Origin: Clostridium sp. CAG:568 | Lineage (GTDB): Bacteria > Bacillota_I > Bacilli_A > RFN20 > CAG-288 | Assembly (NCBI GenBank): GCA_000434395.1 | Contig: FR878755.1 | Coordinates: forward strand, 1 to 36,679 | DNA length: 36,679 nt | Direction: 5' to 3' | Shown: positions 31,054 through 36,679 of the stretch, in pieces | How the letters are laid out: every line of letters begins with the position of its first letter | Position numbering within the stretch: the first letter of the stretch is position 1 | The notes under the pieces: model-generated | The model's database searches: none | Told to the model about the DNA's origin: nothing | What the model saw: only the letters and a program-made list of their open reading frames with translations | Translations under genes and position numbers: made by a program

Positions 31054-31503
31054 ATGGAACAACACCAATCAGATTTAGCTATCAATAAAGTTAGATATAT
31101 CATTAGTTTGGTATTAGCTGAAATTGTCATTTTTTCTCTTGAATATCTCTTTGAGTTTTTAACAAGAGAGAATTTAAATGCATTTCAAACATTTACATTA
31201 ACATGCTATTTCGAGATTCCTAATTTTTGTATATTTGTTATTGCAATTTTGACAGGGCTGTTAATGAATGAAAAGAACATCAATTTCTTAAAAAAGCAAA
31301 GAAAATTTTTAATAGTTATCGTTTCTATAATTGCTATTGCTCTATTTATTACTTTAACTATCAATTATGAATCAAATTTAAAGAATGATGAATACTTTTG
31401 TTGGCCGATATCAGCAGAGTGTCTCTTCTTAACCATAGTTGATTATCCATGGGTAACTAAAAAAGTATGGAAAAACAAAGAAGAGGTGAAGAAGATAAGA
31501 TAA
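31054..31503 (+). CDS. hypothetical small membrane protein (149 aa)
   Basis: Three or four predicted TM helices. Weak RBS. Overlaps the end of an upstream start-less hydrophobic reading frame. Confidence 0.45.
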   Translation: MEQHQSDLAINKVRYIISLVLAEIVIFSLEYLFEFLTRENLNAFQTFTLTCYFEIPNFCIFVIAILTGLLMNEKNINFLKKQRKFLIVIVSIIAIALFITLTINYESNLKNDEYFCWPISAECLFLTIVDYPWVTKKVWKNKEEVKKIR

Positions 31504-31559
31504 AGTAAGAGTAAAGTCAGCCAAATATGATTAACTAAAACTCTTCTCATTGTTCAAAC

Positions 31560-31869
31560 TCACTTGCACCGCCTTACAAGACAGTTTTTTCTTTATAGAT
31601 GATATTTTGTCCATAATTTTTTATAATTGATAGTTGAAAAGGTTAATTTCGTTTATGCAATAGAAAATTCAATTTAGTCTTTCGCTAATTTCCTGATAAC
31701 ATAATCCAGTCTGTTTCTGAGATACATAAATTTACTTCTTGATGAAGAAGAGATCCACTTTTTTCTCGGATGCAAAAAAACTATGAGATGGTCTTCCACA
31801 CGTTGGGATCTTATAGGCCACGGGTGTGAAAGTATCGCTAAATATCTTTCCTTGGCCCGTAACATCCCC
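31560..31869 (-). ncRNA. tmRNA (ssrA)-like 5' segment; apparent truncated or degenerate remnant
   Basis: Minus strand reads GGGGATGTTACGG from 31869, matching the 5' acceptor/D region of Firmicute tmRNAs (B. subtilis GGGGACGTTACGG). The GAUUCGAC SmpB motif is absent. No T-arm/acceptor/CCA lies within ~400 nt downstream. Confidence 0.3.
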
Positions 31870-32186
31870 TACTTAGCTTGCATATTATCCCCTGAAAATG
31901 GGAGCAACACTTAATTCCTACTTCGATCAAGCAATGAAAATTTGAATGGCTTTTCTTTACTAATTTGTGAATATCGAAAGATTATATATATTTAATATCA
32001 AAAACTCTTTTTTATTATTTTTTTAAGCTTGAATAATGATACACTATTAATGCAAGTTATACCGATAAGGCGGACATGTCAATTTGTCGCAGTACACGAG
32101 ATATTTCAAAGTGTATACTGGATCTCTTGTGGGAAATGGCAAATCCCTCTTTGAAAAATAATGCCTCTAGCACCTTTGAGGTGTAA

Positions 32187-32216
32187 ATGACGTGGGTTCG
32201 AATCCCACTTGATTGT
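32187..32216 (+). other. tmRNA/tRNA 3'-end-like T-arm fragment
   Basis: GACGTGGGTTCGAATCCCAC matches the tmRNA 3' T-arm (B. subtilis GGACGTGGGTTCGACTCCCAC). No acceptor strand or CCA follows (TTGATTGTC). Immediately after comes the hairpin TTGATTGTC-ttttt-GACAGTCAA. Confidence 0.3.
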
Positions 32217-32539
32217 CTTTTTGACAGTCAATAAGCTTAGTGGTAAAAGCTCCTGTTTAAAAAACAGAAAAATCTATTAAACTATTGGACTTTATGTCCA
32301 ATCAAAAAAAGAAACACCCGCATCAAAGAAAAATTAGGCTCGTTTTGCTAATAGAGTAAGTGATAATAAGCATTTTGCTTTGTTCAATGAGGATACCGTA
32401 AATATGGAATTTAGTCCAAATGATTTCATTCCGACTAAAAGAGTACTTACTTAATCAAAGACCGCTTTATGTTTATAGGGTGTTTATCGCTAATAATCCC
32501 TTTTATTTATTAGGGTTATTAATATAGGAGGATGAAAAT

Positions 32540-33661
32540 ATGAGAGTATTAATTAAAGAAGGTTGCAAAGGATTTCTGTTCAAGAAAGGGAAATTCATAA
32601 AAATGGTCGGGGCTGGTGTATATAACACTTTAGGCGGAAAATCTTATGAAGTTTGCGAGGTTAATAATTCAGCAATTAAAGTTAATGATATCAGCGATTT
32701 AGGAATTTTTAATAGTGACAGCGATTTTCAGAAAGAAACTTTAAAAGTAGAGGTAAAAAGTGGAGAAATTGTCGTTCACATAGTGGATGGTATTTTTGAG
32801 AGTGTCCTCACACCCAACAAATACTATTTTTGGAATGCGAATTATAAGCATCAATTTTTGCATCTTAATCTAAATACTCCTGAAATTCCAAGTGATTTTC
32901 CAAAATATCTACTTACTGAACAAGTATTATCACCTTATGTTTCTAAATTTGAAATAAATTCAAAAAGTATTGGTGTTCTACTTTACAATCACAAATTTGT
33001 AAAATTACTCGAACCAGGCATACATTTCTTCACCAAAGGAAACAATGTCGTCACTGTAATTCCTGTAGAATCTTGTGTTGTATCTCAGGATATTGTTGGC
33101 CAAGAATTATTGACCAATGATAAAGTATCATTACGTATAAATTGCGTTGTTAATTATAAAGTTAATGATTATGTTAAAGTAATTACTGAGATTAATGACT
33201 ACAAAAATCAACTTTACACATATGTTCAATTAGCGTTACGTGATTATATTGGTGAAAAAACATTTGATGAAATTCTTGCTTCAAAAAAGGAAATGTCTAA
33301 ATATTTATTAGATACTCTTAAAGAAAAAGGTAAAGAATTGTATCTAAGCATAAATGAAGCATCTGTTAAAGATATAATTTTACCTGGCGAAATTCGTGAC
33401 ATTATGAATACTGTTTTAGTCGCAGAAAAGCGCGCTCAAGCAAATGTCATTACTAGACGTGAAGAAGTAGCTTCCACTCGTTCATTACTTAATACAGCAC
33501 GTTTAATGGATGAAAATGCCACTCTTTACAAATTAAAAGAGCTAGAATATGTTGAAAGAATTTGTGAAAAAGTTGGAAATATCAATATTAATGGTGGCAG
33601 TGATGTGCTTAGTCAATTAACTGGCATGCTAAGTTCTAATAAAAACAACCCTCAAAAATAA
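32540..33661 (+). CDS. SPFH/band-7 (slipin-like) domain protein with ~170-aa N-terminal domain and no TM anchor
   Basis: RBS AGGAGGA. Residues ~175-340 match the SPFH core (QDIVGQELLTNDKVSLRINCVVNYKV...ALRDYIGEKTFDEIL...KDIILPGEIRDIM...AEKRAQANV). No N-terminal hydrophobic helix. Confidence 0.75.
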   Translation: MRVLIKEGCKGFLFKKGKFIKMVGAGVYNTLGGKSYEVCEVNNSAIKVNDISDLGIFNSDSDFQKETLKVEVKSGEIVVHIVDGIFESVLTPNKYYFWNANYKHQFLHLNLNTPEIPSDFPKYLLTEQVLSPYVSKFEINSKSIGVLLYNHKFVKLLEPGIHFFTKGNNVVTVIPVESCVVSQDIVGQELLTNDKVSLRINCVVNYKVNDYVKVITEINDYKNQLYTYVQLALRDYIGEKTFDEILASKKEMSKYLLDTLKEKGKELYLSINEASVKDIILPGEIRDIMNTVLVAEKRAQANVITRREEVASTRSLLNTARLMDENATLYKLKELEYVERICEKVGNININGGSDVLSQLTGMLSSNKNNPQK

Positions 33662-33823
33662 CTAAAGATTTCTTGCCTTTATACACCTGATTTTAAAATT
33701 TGTTATATGTAACCCCAAAAAATGCTTAATCAAGAATTTAATCATTTAAAAATGGGGTTTTATAATTTAAAAAGTTTAAAGCACTATAAACGTCAAGCTT
33801 TTCTTTTATAAGTAATTATTAAT

Positions 33824-34711
33824 TTAATTTGCCTTTCTATCTTCATTCAATACAAGATAATAAACAACCTCATCATAATATTTATTCTTATAACATCCAG
33901 AAAATAATAAAGTTCCGTATCTTGTAAATCCAGCCTTCTCCGCAAGCTTTTGTGAACCAATATTTGTTATTTTAGTTTTAATTTTTAGGCATCTAATATC
34001 GGGATTAACAACATCGAATACACACTGTCTTAAAGTTTCAGACAATATAAATAGACTTTTTAATTTCAGTTGATTTATAAGTTCATTTAATGCTTCAAAA
34101 GCATATCCGTTTCTTCTATATTCTTTTATAATAAAATATTCAACATTGTACAAAGCATTATTAAAATTCGTAAAGCAAATACTACCTATAGGTGTATTAC
34201 TATTCTTAAGAAATATAGCAAAACCTAAAGGTTTTTCGTTCATATAACAATGTTCAAATGAATCACCATATTCCAAACCATAATAATTTTCAAATTCATC
34301 TTTATTTTGATAAAAATATTCATCATATAATTTAGAAGTTTCTTCATTAAATGCTTTTAAAATTAAACGATTCGTTTCTATAGGTTTATTGATATTAATA
34401 TCCTTAGACAAAGATCCATATTTATTAATAGCATCTTGTTTAGCTTTTTCTATTAATCTTAAAAAATCTAGTTCGTCCTTTGTAAAATCTTTTTCATAAA
34501 AATTAGAAAGAGTGGAATTCCAAGTAATGTACTCATTCCATAAATATGTCTTTCCATCTTCTCCTAAAGAAAATATATAGTGAAAAGCCTTAAGATTATC
34601 ATTATATTCAGCGCTTTGTCTATTTGTTAAATCAGGCATCCAAAAATCAAAATCAAACATATCTTTGACTTTCTCTTCAACAAATTTATCTATACGGAAA
34701 ATATCATTCAT
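33824..34711 (-). CDS. GNAT-family N-acetyltransferase with ~150-aa N-terminal extension
   Basis: C-terminal half has the GNAT core (YFIIKEYRRNGYAFEALNELI...AEKAGFTRYGTL), RimJ/RimL-like. N-terminal half unassigned. Confidence 0.65.
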   Translation of the reverse strand: MNDIFRIDKFVEEKVKDMFDFDFWMPDLTNRQSAEYNDNLKAFHYIFSLGEDGKTYLWNEYITWNSTLSNFYEKDFTKDELDFLRLIEKAKQDAINKYGSLSKDININKPIETNRLILKAFNEETSKLYDEYFYQNKDEFENYYGLEYGDSFEHCYMNEKPLGFAIFLKNSNTPIGSICFTNFNNALYNVEYFIIKEYRRNGYAFEALNELINQLKLKSLFILSETLRQCVFDVVNPDIRCLKIKTKITNIGSQKLAEKAGFTRYGTLLFSGCYKNKYYDEVVYYLVLNEDRKAN

Positions 34712-35149
34712 GTAAGTTTGTCTCCTTATTTTAATATGCCACTACGTTAATATTCATCAGCAATTATTATATTATTTAATAATAAAAATTTTTATATAAT
34801 AGTCCTACTTTTGAATAATGTCATAAAATTTTACCTGCAGAAATAAACAACCATTCGTTATATGATTTTTAATAAAACTGAACACAAGTTGACCTTCGTA
34901 GAAATTATGACATTTACCATTCCATGGCGAATAAGAAATATTGTTCTTACCACTTTTTTGCTAATTTTTTTATAAATAAAATAGCAGCTTTCGCCACTAT
35001 TTCTTCTTTCTATTATGGACAATATCTAATTTTGCCCTTAAAACGAAGTGACATATCGCATAATATATTCCTATTATGTGAACGCTGTTCGTCTCCTTAC
35101 AATTTGGTGGAATGTTGCTTGAAAACGTTCTTATAGCTCAAGATTTTGA

Positions 35150-35560
35150 CATTCGACAATAAGGCAAAATAGCGAGCATATTTTATCTCGTTCTATCTTC
35201 CATAGTCTTTTCTCCGATGATTTGATGTCTTATTTCGGAAAGAGCATTTTTCCCAAACGCAAAACTATCTTCTTAAAGCTTGATCTGCTTTCGAAGGAAG
35301 CTCATTCTCACGTCTTCTTTCCTAAGCTCGAGGACCATCTTAATAATGTTTTTCGTGAAAGCGAAAATGTCCTTTTCGCCTTCCCCGTTTAATATGTTGT
35401 AGACATTCGTTGCCGACAAGTCATCCATCGGTCTTCGACGTACCTCTTGACGTCCTCGGTTAAAAGCATTGCTATGTCGTGCGGGTTCAATTATTTTTGT
35501 AGACGAAGCATCCTTTCATTTGAAATGAACTCATGTTTAATGTATTTGATTGTAGTTGAA
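35150..35560 (-). pseudogene. GC-enriched decayed coding remnant(s)
   Basis: About 42% GC by eye versus ~30% background. Only short broken frames (e.g. a ~51-codon frame MDDLSATNVYNILNGEGEKDIF...). No RBS. Lies between the GNAT and ATPase genes. Confidence 0.3.
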
Positions 35561-35567
35561 TTGTTGG

Positions 35568-36679
35568 TCAAAAGGTCTTTTCTAAATCTTCGCATTGTAG
35601 TAAACCACCTTCTCCAAACAAAACAACATTCTCCGATTTTGGACGCTTAATCGATTCTAGTTGGGAAACACATACGAACAAAGGCATTTGAAATGCGGTC
35701 CCAGAAACGATGCATTCGCCAGGAGATAGTATTGTAACGAAATCCATGGCCTTATCATCCATATATGCCACAGCTTTTCTGATGATTGAGATGTCGGATG
35801 GATTAACCAATTTATGAATAAAGTAATTATGAAGCTGAGAAATAATTGTTGGTGAAATATTGCTTGGCCTTTGACTAGCCAACATCAAGAAAACGCCAAA
35901 TTTTCTTCCTTCTTTAACTACTTTTTCAAAAGATTCTAATACGGTTGCATGCGTTGGTTTCGAAGAATCCCCTTCATAAAGTATGTTGTGAGCCTCATCC
36001 ACAACGATTGATACGATTTGCGAAATTGAATCTTTATCCTCTTTTACTTCCTGTAGTTTTTTAAAAATATTCGTTGCGATAATTGATGGAATTATTTCTT
36101 TCATGTCTTTGTTAACGTTTGCTAGTTGGATGATTGCTATATTTTTACTTTTATTATCGAAGAGGTTCTCGAAATTGCCAGAGAAATCAAAGATTTTCTT
36201 GAAATCATCAACTAATTTTTGAGCCCTAGAAGCCAGTGGCATGATAAAATCTATATTAACGCCATTTTCATTTTCTTTTGCGATTGCGAAGTAAAGTTCG
36301 AAAACAAACCTATCAAGAGGATCGCTAGGCACATTGATAACGAGTTTATCGAGATATTTTTCTCCATCCTCATTCTCACAATAGTGTTTTTGTCCATCAA
36401 CTTCGAAATAATATTTTTGGGCCTTGGAATGCCATTTTAAAGGCTCCAATCCATCGATATATTTTTCTAAATGATGTCGAATGGAGTTTAAAAGTGCCCT
36501 TCTCGAATTTTTGATTACGCTTTTTAGATAATTTAAATAGTAACCCGTCTCATGATCTTCTTTCATGCTTCTGTAGGCAGTTTTGACAACTGGAACTTGT
36601 GTTTTTTGAGATGCGTTCATTAATACAACGAAATCATCTTCGGAAAGGCTATCGAGATTTGTACTGCACCCCTCTCACT
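35568..36679 (-). CDS. HerA/FtsK-like (DUF87) P-loop ATPase, C-terminal part (N-terminus beyond window)
   Basis: Walker B IVSIVVDEAHNIL and arginine-finger/sensor-like MLASQRPSNISP. The frame stays open to the window edge, so the Walker A lies outside the window. Confidence 0.6.

Noticed and set aside
31674-31865. 63-aa minus-strand ORF
   Set aside because: It sits inside the tmRNA-like structured RNA segment, has no RBS, and its K/R-rich low-complexity translation looks non-proteinaceous.
32187-32216. A complete tRNA gene at the TTCGAAT T-loop
   Set aside because: No acceptor-stem partner exists for the 3' strand on either orientation, and no D- or anticodon arms could be folded. It is treated as a fragment only.
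34924-35650. Small plus-strand ORFs 34924..35136 and 35447..35650
   Set aside because: They have no RBS and lie in the decayed, compositionally atypical spacer. They are more likely chance frames over a gene remnant.
1-36679. CRISPR arrays, IS elements/transposases, integrase genes
   Set aside because: No regularly spaced direct repeats, no DDE/serine/tyrosine recombinase-like ORFs, and no terminal inverted repeats were seen anywhere in the window.

Overview
This is a low-GC (~30%) Firmicutes-type chromosomal segment, mostly housekeeping genes with two accessory-looking stretches. From the start it holds: three minus-strand tRNAs (Leu-UAG, Arg-CCG, Arg-CCU); a large secreted hypothetical protein; tRNA-Leu(CAG) with a terminator; a membrane-anchored EEP-family hydrolase; a CUT2-type sugar ABC importer (lipoprotein SBP, duplicated ATPase, permease with an unusual ~240-aa N-terminal extension); a lipoprotein; a Firmicute-type sufCDSUB Fe-S cluster operon with a short SufD; mnmG; a Caps_synth-like glycosyltransferase; tRNA-Gln; and RNase R. 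After rnr comes a minus-strand PD-(D/E)xK nuclease fused to an SF1/DUF2075-type ATPase, with two small unknown genes, which I read as a candidate defence locus. Ordinary genes follow: YitT, an alpha/beta hydrolase, and a MarR regulator carrying a 24-bp perfect palindromic operator ahead of a heterodimeric ABC exporter. The last ~6.5 kb looks accessory. It contains tmRNA(ssrA)-like 5' and 3' motifs on opposite strands with no complete gene, ORFs lacking start codons, an SPFH/band-7 protein with no TM anchor, a GNAT protein, a GC-enriched decayed segment, and a HerA/DUF87-like ATPase truncated by the window edge. I saw no CRISPR arrays or transposases.
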